NCBI GenBank assembly: GCA_038231435.1
Contig: JBBRLJ010000033.1
Coordinates: 1 to 57,039 of the forward strand
DNA length: 57,039 nt
Origin: Planctomycetota bacterium
GTDB lineage: Bacteria > Planctomycetota > UBA11346
Direction: 5' to 3'
Shown piece by piece: positions 1-8,138 of the stretch. Below the pieces are notes generated by a model, which was not told the origin of the DNA, made no database searches, and saw nothing but the letters and a program-made list of their open reading frames with translations. Position 1 is the stretch's first letter; the number at the start of each line of letters is the position of its first letter. Both the position numbers and the translations under genes were made by a program.

Positions 1-2
1 CA

Positions 3-303
3 GGGGCTTCGCCCCTACGGCCTGCGGCCTACCCCACGGGCTTTGTCGTGGCTCGTTTTCGCCGGAGCCGGCGAAAACGTGGGCGGATCGGCTACGCCGA
101 TTGTATCCGCCCACCGCCACTCGGCGCCCGCCCCATCGCGGAGCGATGGGGCCCCCGTTAATCACGACCGCGGCGAAAGCCGCCGAGCGCCGAGCTCCGG
201 TTTGCGTGAACAATGGGCGCAGCCCATCACGCAAACTTTTTGACCGCCCGGCGGGCAAAAAGAGGAGCGACAAAGCTCGTGGGGGCCTGGGGGCAAAGCC
301 CCC
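3..303. repeat. Palindromic REP/MITE-like element, copy A
   Basis: 17-bp inverted repeats CCCCACGGGCTTTGTCG (32-48) and CGACAAAGCTCGTGGGG (268-284, one mismatch). Flanking hairpins GGGGCTTCGCCCC (3-15) and GGGGGCAAAGCCCCC (289-303). Several internal stem-loops. Homologous to 56690-57039. Confidence 0.85.
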
Positions 304-313
304 GCAAAAAAAG

Positions 314-892
314 TCAGAACCAGATGCCGGCTGAGAGCGTGAAGCCGCTGGTGTCGACTCCGGTCTTGCCGCTGTAGAACCATGCGCCTTCCAGGATCAT
401 GCCCGCGCCGATGGCGTAACCGACCATCGCCTTGCCGGCGATCTTCCAACCGCGATCGACGCGGTTGAATGCCGGGGTGTGGAGTTCGACGCGGTTGTAG
501 ACGCTGCCGACTCCGTAGCCGATGTAGCCGTCGCCCAGGATCCCGTAAGCACGCTCGCTGTAGCAGGTGCTCACCGAGTCGATGCGACTGGATCCGCCCA
601 GGGTGTGCCGCCAATCGAGATCGATGCCGGCGCTGCCGATCAGTCCCTGGTCGCCGGAGACGTAGCCGAAGCCGCCGTGGATGCCGTTGTCGGCGGTCAG
701 TTGGCGGGACTCGGAATGGCTCAGGCGGGCCAAGCCGCCCATGACATAAAACGGCTGGTGCGCGAAATTGTCGCCGAGCGAACCTTGTTCAGCCGCGGCG
801 GGGACGGACATGCCGATCACCGTCAGCAATGGGAGCAATGGCAGCAATGGTCGCATCGGTTGCCGGCCCATCGGGAATGGCTGACTGATCAT
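314..892 (-). CDS. Small outer-membrane beta-barrel protein
   Basis: Signal-peptide-like N-terminus (LLPLLPLLTVIGMSVPAAA), alternating beta-strand pattern, C-terminal aromatic residue (LSAGIWF). ATG overlaps the cdaR stop (ATGA); alternative start 856. Confidence 0.65.
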   Translation of the reverse strand: MISQPFPMGRQPMRPLLPLLPLLTVIGMSVPAAAEQGSLGDNFAHQPFYVMGGLARLSHSESRQLTADNGIHGGFGYVSGDQGLIGSAGIDLDWRHTLGGSSRIDSVSTCYSERAYGILGDGYIGYGVGSVYNRVELHTPAFNRVDRGWKIAGKAMVGYAIGAGMILEGAWFYSGKTGVDTSGFTLSAGIWF

Positions 893-2037
893 GGCTGAGG
901 GCCTTCCGGCGCCGGTGTCGTCTGGGGCGCCGTGCCGGGCGGTGGGGTGGAAACGGGGGGTTCCGGCGGCGACACGTCCTCGGCAGGAGCGGGCAGTGGC
1001 TTCAGCGGCTCGGCTGCCGGCGGCGCGTGCACTTCGGCGGAAGGTTCTGGAGCCGGCGCGGATTCGGCCGGCGGCGCCGGCGACACGGTCGCGCGGACGG
1101 TGGTCGGATCGAAGGTCAGCCACGCCGGCGCCAGCAGCGACACCGGCACTTCGTGGGTTCCCGCCTCGAGCGCATGGCGCAGATCGATGTAGGCGGTGAT
1201 GTCGGTCTCCGGCTGGAGCTTCTTCAGCAAGTTCTCGGGCCCACGCACCGTCAAGGTCACCTGCGGCTGCGACAGGTCGACCTGGAAGCGCCCGATGGCG
1301 TCGCGCGGAATCAATATCTGCAGTGGCAGCGATGAGACCGGCATGCTGCTGGGCACCGGCCTGAGCGTGATCGTCGCTGATGGACTGCGTTGAACCTTGT
1401 ACGGCAGGTTGGGTACCGGGCGCAACGCCACCGTCTGCACCTGCTCGGTGGCCCCCTTTGGATCCACGAATCCGAGGTCCACCGGCTGGAAGCGCACCCG
1501 GTTCTTCATCTGGTGCTGACGCTCGACCACGTCGGCTGCCGCGCGAACCCTTACCAGGCTCACGTCCAGACGCGCCTCGGCCTCGAGTCCGGTCGGTACG
1601 TTCGCGAGCACCGGCGGCTCGGCCGGCATGTCGTCCTCGACGATGTAGTCCCAATGGACGGTGATCTCGCGCAGGTTCTCGGGCTCGGTGCGGACGATGC
1701 GGATGTCACTGGGCAGACCGAGGGTGGCGCTGGTGACGGCGAAATCCTGCTGTCGGTTCTTGAGCGCGTCCTGGCGCACTTCGATCCTCGGGAGCAGCAG
1801 ATCGTTGGCCGGCATGTCGCCCCAGCGGCTCGACGGAACGCTGAGCGTGACCCTGAACTCCTTCGGGCTGATCAGCGTGATCTCGTAGTTGTCGCCCAGT
1901 CCTGTGACCGAGGCCTCGCGCAGCTGCACGTCGACGGTGCGGTCGCTGCGCACCTGGCCGCTGGTGTAGATCCACAGCGCGACCGCCAGGACCAGCGCCA
2001 CCAGCTTGAGCTCCCAGTGCGAGGTGATGAAGCTCAT
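889..2037 (-). CDS. cdaR: CdaR/YbbR-like diadenylate cyclase regulator with Pro-rich tail
   Basis: N-terminal anchor 'WELKLVALVLAVALWIY'; YbbR-type repeat 'VTLTVRGP...DITAYIDL...GTHEVPV'; lies downstream of cdaA. Confidence 0.8.
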   Translation of the reverse strand: MSFITSHWELKLVALVLAVALWIYTSGQVRSDRTVDVQLREASVTGLGDNYEITLISPKEFRVTLSVPSSRWGDMPANDLLLPRIEVRQDALKNRQQDFAVTSATLGLPSDIRIVRTEPENLREITVHWDYIVEDDMPAEPPVLANVPTGLEAEARLDVSLVRVRAAADVVERQHQMKNRVRFQPVDLGFVDPKGATEQVQTVALRPVPNLPYKVQRSPSATITLRPVPSSMPVSSLPLQILIPRDAIGRFQVDLSQPQVTLTVRGPENLLKKLQPETDITAYIDLRHALEAGTHEVPVSLLAPAWLTFDPTTVRATVSPAPPAESAPAPEPSAEVHAPPAAEPLKPLPAPAEDVSPPEPPVSTPPPGTAPQTTPAPEGPQP

Positions 2038-2135
2038 CGCGCTGCTCTCGTGGCTGGAATCGTCGCTGGACTCGTCGCTGGATTCAGCGCAGAGTTCATC
2101 ACAGGTCTCGTGGCCAGACTCATCCCAGGGCTCAT
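2034..2135 (-). CDS. Putative 33-aa micro-ORF built from degenerate 12-bp tandem repeats
   Basis: MSPGMSLATRPVMNSALNPATSPATIPATRAAR. Its start overlaps the cdaA stop and its stop overlaps the cdaR start (both ATGA). Confidence 0.45.
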   Translation of the reverse strand: MSPGMSLATRPVMNSALNPATSPATIPATRAAR

Positions 2136-2920
2136 CGTGTCGCCTCGCGGCGGGCGCCGCGGAAGATGCGGCCGAGCAGGATCTCGAGATCCTGGCGCGA
2201 CAGGCCGCGTGTGAGCCCACCCTTGTCAGCCATGCTGATCGCCCCGGTCTCCTCGGAGACCACCAGGGCGAGGGCGTCGGTATCCTCGGAGATGCCGATC
2301 GCCGCGCGGTGGCGGGTTCCGGACAGCGACTTGAACTCGACGTTGTTTGTCAGCGGCAGGATCACGCCCGCTCCGGCGATGCGCCCGCCACGCAGGATCA
2401 CCGCGCCGTCGTGCAGCGGCGAGTCCTTCCAGAACAGGGCGGTCATCGATTTGGCGGTGAGCTCGCAGTCGAGCGGGCTCGAGAGGATGTAATCGTCGAG
2501 GTTGTCGTTGCGCTCGATGACGATGAGCGCGCCGATGCGGCGCGACGACATGTACACCAGGGCGTCGAGCAGCTGCGGAACGGCGCCGTCGCCGCCGGTT
2601 GATTCCTGATGCGGGAAGAATCCGCCGAGGCGCGTGAACAGGCGGCGCAGCTCGGGCTGGAACACCACCACCAGGATCAGGGCGCTGAAGCCGATGGACG
2701 CCTGCAGCAGCCAGGTGATGGCGTGCAGCTGGAATAGACGCGCGATCATCCACGCGGTGACCACCAGGGCCAGGAACAGCGAGATGCCTTTGATCTTCCC
2801 GCCCGCGCTGATGCGTTCGAGCGCGAGCAGCAGGAAGTAGATGAGGACGGCGAGGATGCCGATCTCCAGCGCCGAGCGCAGGTAGAACGGGAGATCGGAG
2901 AGATCGACGCGCTCGAGCAT
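2132..2920 (-). CDS. cdaA: Diadenylate cyclase CdaA/DacA
   Basis: Three N-terminal TM helices, 'FQPELRR', catalytic 'PLHDGA' and 'GTRHRAA', 'VVSEETG'. Confidence 0.95.
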   Translation of the reverse strand: MLERVDLSDLPFYLRSALEIGILAVLIYFLLLALERISAGGKIKGISLFLALVVTAWMIARLFQLHAITWLLQASIGFSALILVVVFQPELRRLFTRLGGFFPHQESTGGDGAVPQLLDALVYMSSRRIGALIVIERNDNLDDYILSSPLDCELTAKSMTALFWKDSPLHDGAVILRGGRIAGAGVILPLTNNVEFKSLSGTRHRAAIGISEDTDALALVVSEETGAISMADKGGLTRGLSRQDLEILLGRIFRGARREATR

Positions 2921-2921
2921 C

Positions 2922-3851
2922 CTAGACGTCCTCGCCCCGGGCGTCGGGGACGCGCAACGCCATGCCGGTGGACTGCCCGCCCGAGCCGGAGTGCGCTCCA
3001 GCGAGCCGGCACGCCGCCACCGCTCCTGCCACGTCATGGACGCGTAGCAGCGAACAGTCCGCGGCCACCAGGGCGTGCAGGATATGGCTGGCGGCATCGC
3101 TCGAAGCTGGGCCGCGCTCGCCGAGGACCTTGGCGATGAACGATTTGCGGCTCAGGCCGACCAGCAGCGGGCGATCGAACGCCCGCCCGAGCCTGGGCAG
3201 CGAGCGCAGCAGCGCGAGGTTGTGCGCGACGGTCTTGCCGAAGCCGATTCCCGGGTCGAGCAGCAGCATCTCGGTGGTGACGCCAGCCGCCGCTGCGGCT
3301 TTCATGCGCTCCGCGAAGAACGCCTCGACCTCGCCCACCAGGTCGCGGTAGTGCGGGGCCCGCTGCATAGTCGCCGGGTTGCCCTGCATGTGCATGAGCA
3401 CCAGCGGGCATTGGGCCTCGGCAACGACCGCGAACATCGCGGGATCGGCGCCAGCGCGGATGTCGTTGACCATGCTCGCGCCCGCCGCCAGCGCCTCTCG
3501 CGCGACCTCGGCCTTGCAGGTGTCGATGCTGATCGGAACCGTGGGCAGGCGCTCGCGCAGCGCGCGGATCACCGGGAGCACGCGCGAAAGCTCCTCGGCC
3601 TGCGACACCGGCAGCGATCCGGGCCTCGAACTCTCGCCCCCGACATCGAGCCAGGCAGCGCCGGCGGCGACCATGGCCAAGCCGACTGCGACCGCCGCCG
3701 CCGGCTCGTCGGACAAGCCGCCGTCCGAGAAGCTGTCAGGAGTCGCGTTGATGATGCCCATGACTTCCGCCGGCAGCCGCAGCGTCATCGGGCGCCGCGC
3801 TGGAAGCGTCCACGAGCGCGCGGCATCCATCGGGTAGGAGTCTACCGCCAT
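2922..3851 (-). CDS. folP: Dihydropteroate synthase
   Basis: 'MGIINATPDSFSDGG', 'DVGGESSRPG', 'LMHMQG', 'DPGIGFGKT', 'SRKSFI', 'RVHDV'. Start uncertain (3788-3857). Confidence 0.97.
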   Translation of the reverse strand: MAVDSYPMDAARSWTLPARRPMTLRLPAEVMGIINATPDSFSDGGLSDEPAAAVAVGLAMVAAGAAWLDVGGESSRPGSLPVSQAEELSRVLPVIRALRERLPTVPISIDTCKAEVAREALAAGASMVNDIRAGADPAMFAVVAEAQCPLVLMHMQGNPATMQRAPHYRDLVGEVEAFFAERMKAAAAAGVTTEMLLLDPGIGFGKTVAHNLALLRSLPRLGRAFDRPLLVGLSRKSFIAKVLGERGPASSDAASHILHALVAADCSLLRVHDVAGAVAACRLAGAHSGSGGQSTGMALRVPDARGEDV

Positions 3852-3995
3852 CGCCACAAATGATGGCGGACGCCAAGGATAGGAGAAGCGGGGAATTGCG
3901 CCGCGAGGTCAAGGCTCGTCACCTACGCGGCGTGAGCGCCGCCGGCCGCCGCTCGCCGCGAAGAAGTGGTCAGCGCAAGCGGACGACCGCGACGA

Positions 3996-4619
3996 TCATT
4001 TCGCCTGCTGCCAACACAGCGAGCCGCTGGTGCCATCCTCGTCGAGAAACACATAGATCACGCCGCCGTCGCCGAGCTTGAAGTCGACCACGTCGCCGCT
4101 CAAGCGGTGATGGAACCGCTGCGGCCGACCGACCAGCTTCTCGACGTCCATGGGTGCGTTCGCCCACAGCGGGAATCCGCCGAGCTTGCTGCAGTCGCAA
4201 CCGAGCTCGTCCACCAGATCGACCCATTGGTCGGAAGCGGCCAAGTCCAGGCCGGTCGGATCGACGTCCAGATCGATCGGCTCGTCGATCTGGGCGCCGA
4301 TGGCGATCTTCGCTCCCTTCCAGTCGCCCGGGCAGACGCCGTTGATCACCGAGAGGCTCAGCGCGTCCTTCGCCACCACCACCACGGCGTTGTCCCCCTT
4401 GTGCGGCAGGTAATCGAAAGTCTCGGCCGGATCCGAACGATCCATGAACGCCAGGACCATCTTGTCGGAGCCGATCGCGAGCGGCACGGCCGACACCAGC
4501 GCCATGGTCTTGCCCGTGCGCTGGCCCTTCGGATGCGCGTATCCGCGCTTGACGTGGCCGCCGAGCTGGCCGACGGCGAGCTGGGGGTTGGGAGTGCGGA
4601 CGATGGTATGGCTGATCAT
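3996..4619 (-). CDS. DUF1963/YwqG-like protein
   Basis: C-terminal 'KLGGFPLW' and 'FKLGDGGVIYVF...WQ' motifs typical of the YwqG family. Confidence 0.6.
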   Translation of the reverse strand: MISHTIVRTPNPQLAVGQLGGHVKRGYAHPKGQRTGKTMALVSAVPLAIGSDKMVLAFMDRSDPAETFDYLPHKGDNAVVVVAKDALSLSVINGVCPGDWKGAKIAIGAQIDEPIDLDVDPTGLDLAASDQWVDLVDELGCDCSKLGGFPLWANAPMDVEKLVGRPQRFHHRLSGDVVDFKLGDGGVIYVFLDEDGTSGSLCWQQAK

Positions 4620-4934
4620 GACGGGCTCGTGGGAGCCCCCAGTGTGCGCGCGCGGACGATCCTGCAATCTGGCGACGCACGTCCTTGCTCAGCGTGCGGA
4701 CGCGAGCACCGCGTGCTCGGCCACGCATCGCTTGCACCGTCTCTCTCTCTTTCTCGTCTCAACTCTTCCCGCGCGCGCGTCGGCGTCGCGCGGCGACGTC
4801 GATCATCACGGACGCCGCTCGATGATGGTCGCGACGACACTGAGTCGTTGTCGACGACGCATGCGCGGGACGAGTGTCGGAGTGCTCGGAGCGCTCGACT
4901 CGCACACGCATCACGCAGGGAGTAAAGAAAGAAT

Positions 4935-4963
4935 TTGCGATTTCACATAAACCGAGTTATCCT
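4935..4963 (+). promoter_or_regulatory. Sigma70-type promoter for the small basic peptide genes
   Basis: TTGCGA-N17-TATCCT, preceded by an A-rich tract (AGTAAAGAAAGAAT) in otherwise GC-rich DNA. Confidence 0.55.
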
Positions 4964-4997
4964 CGCCATATCATCCTTACTCCAGAAGGACTCGTCC

Positions 4998-5123
4998 ATG
5001 CCTCCGAAGATGCCTCCGAAGATGAAACGCTCCGCCAAGAAGAAGACCGCCCGCAAGTCGGCGAAGAAGACGGCGCCGCGCCGTTCCTCGAAGAAGAAAA
5101 AGAAGGCTGGCAAGCGGAAGTGA
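4998..5123 (+). CDS. 41-aa Lys/Arg-rich basic peptide (histone H1/protamine-like)
   Basis: RBS AGAAGGA upstream; MPPKMPPKMKRSAKKKTARKSAKKTAPRRSSKKKKKAGKRK; mostly AAG codons, matching the genome bias. Confidence 0.65.
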   Translation: MPPKMPPKMKRSAKKKTARKSAKKTAPRRSSKKKKKAGKRK

Positions 5124-5263
5124 TCCGCTCAGCGCCTCGCGCACCGCGCGAGGCGCGCTCGTTGCCACACGAGCGCGTCGGTACCCGACGCCACCCGCCA
5201 ACACCAAACACTCTCAGTCGTCTATCACCCGCGGCCTCACGGCCGCATACCGAAGGAGCCTCC

Positions 5264-5338
5264 ATGGCCGTCAAGAAGTCCAAGAAGTCCAAGACCAAGG
5301 TCGCCAAGCGCAAGGGCGCCAAGAAGAAGAAGAAGTAG
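5264..5338 (+). CDS. 24-aa Lys-rich basic peptide
   Basis: Strong RBS GAAGGAG; MAVKKSKKSKTKVAKRKGAKKKKK; all Lys codons AAG. Confidence 0.65.
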   Translation: MAVKKSKKSKTKVAKRKGAKKKKK

Positions 5339-5384
5339 TCAGTCCGTCCGCGGGATCCTCTCGCGGAACGGCTTCGAGCCGAAG

Positions 5385-5419
5385 GAGACGCGCCGCCCGC
5401 GGGCGCGTCTCGCTGTTTG
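5385..5419 (+). terminator. Probable intrinsic terminator
   Basis: Stem GAGACGCGCC...GGCGCGTCTC followed by a weak T tract (GCTGTTTG). Confidence 0.45.
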
Positions 5420-5674
5420 TCCAGCGACTCCCGCACGATTCGGCATCGCTTCGGTCGCGCATCTCCAGCGACCATGCAGTCAGGCGCCTGTACACGATCG
5501 ATCGCCAGCAGGGCTGATCGACGCCTTTTCTGCCCCACTCCCCAATCTGCCAATGTCGCTGCAAATCCAGGGCTTTGCCGTGGAAAAGCCCCTCCTCGTC
5601 GCGCTTCGCCGGCCCACCGACGAAGCAGTGGCCAGCGACCAGCGATCGGATATGGTGCGTCTTTCCCATTTCAC

Positions 5675-5795
5675 TCCACCGATCCGCGCCGCCTACCGCT
5701 GCCTCAGGGTCGCCATGGCGTCGCGGGCGGGGTGGCGCCGGAAACAGCGCCGCCTCCCATGACACCAGGCCCGCGGGCCTGGCCGAGGAAAGGTT
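5675..5795 (+). ncRNA. Moco RNA motif (molybdenum cofactor riboswitch candidate)
   Basis: Motif-order match directly upstream of moaA: CCGATC...CCTA...CATGG...GGGT-ggcgc-cGGAAAC-agcgcc-GCCTCCC...GGAAAGG, with the last block overlapping the RBS. Confidence 0.8.
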
Positions 5796-5799
5796 GGCC

Positions 5800-6720
5800 A
5801 TGTACCTGCGCGTGTCCCTCACGGACCGTTGCAACCTGCGCTGCGTCTACTGCCTCCCCGCGGACGCGCGGTTCGAGGACGGCCGCGCCACCGATGCCGA
5901 GCTGATGCGCCTGACAGCACTCGTCTGCCGAGCGGCTGGAGTGCGCAAGATCCGCCTCACCGGTGGCGAGCCGACCCTCTGCCCCGCGCTCGCCGACCAC
6001 GTGCGCCATGCCCGCTCGCTGGTCGACACGGTCGGACTGACCACCAACGGCGTGTTGCTCGAGCCCCTGCTGCCATCCCTGCGCGACGCCGGACTCAACC
6101 GGCTGAACATCTCCCTCGACGCGATCGATGCGACCGGGTTCGAGCGCCTCGCCAGGCGCGAGGGCTTGGATCGGGTCGTGTCGTCGATCCGGGCGGCCAA
6201 GCGCGCGGGCTTCTCGCCGGTCAAGATCAACGCCGTGGCCATGCAGCTCACCGATTACCCCTCCATGGTGCGCTTTGCGGCCTGGGAGGGCGTGCACCTG
6301 CGCTTCATCGAGTTGATGGCGATCGGCGAAGCACGGCCATTCCAGCCCCGCGAGCACGTGTCGGCCGGCGAGATGCGCCAGCGCATCGCCGTTGCCGGAA
6401 TCGCTCTGAGCGAGGCCCGCGAGCGCGACGAACCCACGTCGCGCGTCTGGACCATCGACGGCCAGGATCCGATGGACTGCAGCGTCGGCTTCATCACCAC
6501 CGTCAGCGCCCCCTTCTGCGCCACCTGCGACCGCCTGCGCCTGTCCAGCCGCGGCAAGCTGCACACCTGCCTGATGGACGATCACGGCCACGACCTGCTC
6601 GCCGACCTCCGTCGTGGGGACGACGACGCGGTGCTCGCCACGGTGCGCCACGCGGTGGGGATGAAGCGCCCGCCGGCGCTGATGGAACGGATCGGCGTCA
6701 TGGCCGGCATCGGCGGCTGA
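5800..6720 (+). CDS. moaA: GTP 3',8-cyclase MoaA
   Basis: Radical SAM 'YLRVSLTDRCNLRCVYC', 'LTGGEP', C-terminal 'FCATCDRLRL...C', ends 'IGG'. Confidence 0.97.
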   Translation: MYLRVSLTDRCNLRCVYCLPADARFEDGRATDAELMRLTALVCRAAGVRKIRLTGGEPTLCPALADHVRHARSLVDTVGLTTNGVLLEPLLPSLRDAGLNRLNISLDAIDATGFERLARREGLDRVVSSIRAAKRAGFSPVKINAVAMQLTDYPSMVRFAAWEGVHLRFIELMAIGEARPFQPREHVSAGEMRQRIAVAGIALSEARERDEPTSRVWTIDGQDPMDCSVGFITTVSAPFCATCDRLRLSSRGKLHTCLMDDHGHDLLADLRRGDDDAVLATVRHAVGMKRPPALMERIGVMAGIGG

Positions 6721-6969
6721 ATGCCATCGGCCACCGTACTGTACTTCGCCGGGCTGCGCGAACGGGTCGGGTGCGCCTCGGAAGAGGTCGAACTGCCCGC
6801 GCGAGCGACGCCGGCGGCCATCCTAGCCGCGCTCAGCGACCGGCACCCCGCCTGCGGCGAGGCCTTCGCCTGCTGCCGCATCGCCGTGGATTGCGACTTC
6901 ATCGTCGGCGAGGTCGACATCCGCGACGGCGCCGAAGTCGCGGTGATCCATCCGGTGAGCGGCGGATGA
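6721..6969 (+). CDS. moaD: Molybdopterin synthase sulfur carrier MoaD
   Basis: 'VLYFAGLRE', C-terminal 'PVSGG', 82 aa. Confidence 0.93.
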   Translation: MPSATVLYFAGLRERVGCASEEVELPARATPAAILAALSDRHPACGEAFACCRIAVDCDFIVGEVDIRDGAEVAVIHPVSGG

Positions 6970-7412
6970 CGTCGCTCGAGGCCGCGGGCGCTCCGCTACG
7001 CGACGCTCGCATCGTCGCCGGCCCCGTGCCTGGCGATTCCGGCGCGGGGATCGCACTCGCCAGCCACGGCGCTGTCGCCTCGTTCCTGGGCATCGTCCGC
7101 GACCACAGCAAGGGCAGGGCGGTCGCCGGGCTGCGCTACGAGTGCTATCGCCCGATGGCCGAGAAGGTTCTCGTCCAGCTGATCGCCGAGACCGCAGGGC
7201 GCTTCGACCCGGGAATGGCGGCCGCCGTCGCCCACGGCACTGGCGAGATGGTTCCGGGCCAGGCCGCGCTCTCGATCCATGTCGCCTCGGCGCATCGCGC
7301 CGCGGCCTTCGACGCCTGCCGTCATCTCATCGAACGCATCAAGCACGACCTACCGGTGTGGAAGCTCGAGCGCTACGCCGACGGCACTCAGGCTTGGCTC
7401 AAGGGCTCGTGA
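6966..7412 (+). CDS. moaE: Molybdopterin synthase catalytic subunit MoaE
   Basis: 'GAVASFLGIVRD', 'LRYECY.PMA', 'SAHRAAAF', 'PVWKLE'. Confidence 0.95.
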   Translation: MTSLEAAGAPLRDARIVAGPVPGDSGAGIALASHGAVASFLGIVRDHSKGRAVAGLRYECYRPMAEKVLVQLIAETAGRFDPGMAAAVAHGTGEMVPGQAALSIHVASAHRAAAFDACRHLIERIKHDLPVWKLERYADGTQAWLKGS

Positions 7413-7622
7413 ACGCCTCCTGAACACTGTTCCTACCGTCCATGGGGACCGGCTAGCCATCCACCTGCCGGCTCCCTGCTTCCCAGGCGCGGCGCGGCCT
7501 TATCAATCCACCACCGCCTTCCTCATCACCCACCTTGTCGCGCATCTGCGCCATCATCTCGACTAGATAGCGCCGCCCGGCGGCGAGTGACCCGTTCGAG
7601 CTCCGTCCACCAGAGGAATGAG

Positions 7623-8138
7623 ATGCCATCCCCCCGCCGAACGCGTCGCGTCCCACCGAGCGGCCCTCGCGGCCTCAGCCACCTGGATGCGCGCGGCGAG
7701 GCGCGCATGGTCGATGTCGGGGCCAAGGCCGTGACCAAGCGCTCGGCGACGGCCCGCGCGGTGGTGGTGCTGCCCGAGAGCTGCCGCGCCGCGCTCGCGG
7801 CCGGCGGCGACACGCGCAAGGGCAACGTCCTCCAGGTCGCGCGCCTGGCCGGGATCATGGCCGCGAAGCGCACCAGTGAGCTCATCCCCCTCTGCCATCC
7901 GCTGCCCCTGGACGGGGTCGACGTGGCGTTCGCGCTTACCGGCGACCGCCTGCGCATCACCGCCAGCGCCCGCTGCTCGGCCAAGACCGGCGTCGAGATG
8001 GAGGCCCTCACCGCCGCGTCGATCGCCGCGCTGACCGTCTACGACATGCTCAAGGCCCTCTCCCACGATCTGGTGATCGCTTCGATCGAGCTGGTGGCCA
8101 AGGACGGCGGCCGCAGCGGCCGGATCTCGCGGCCATGA
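7623..8138 (+). CDS. moaC: Cyclic pyranopterin monophosphate synthase MoaC
   Basis: 'LSHLD..GEARMVDV', 'LIPLCHP', 'TGVEMEAL', 'YDMLKA'. Confidence 0.97.
   Translation: MPSPRRTRRVPPSGPRGLSHLDARGEARMVDVGAKAVTKRSATARAVVVLPESCRAALAAGGDTRKGNVLQVARLAGIMAAKRTSELIPLCHPLPLDGVDVAFALTGDRLRITASARCSAKTGVEMEALTAASIAALTVYDMLKALSHDLVIASIELVAKDGGRSGRISRP

Noticed and set aside
2034..2135. Short repeat arrays as CRISPR
   Set aside because: Units are 7-15 bp, contiguous and lack unique spacers; no cas genes in the window.
3860..3995. c-di-AMP (ydaO) riboswitch upstream of the folP-cdaA operon
   Set aside because: No ydaO consensus elements are recognisable here or in the other intergenic regions examined.
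5575..5799. Extended N-terminus for MoaA
   Set aside because: The region is better explained by the Moco RNA motif; the RBS supports ATG 5800.
7413..7622. Second Moco motif or ModE box between moaE and moaC
   Set aside because: Conserved motif blocks were not found; the resemblance to a ModE site is too weak.
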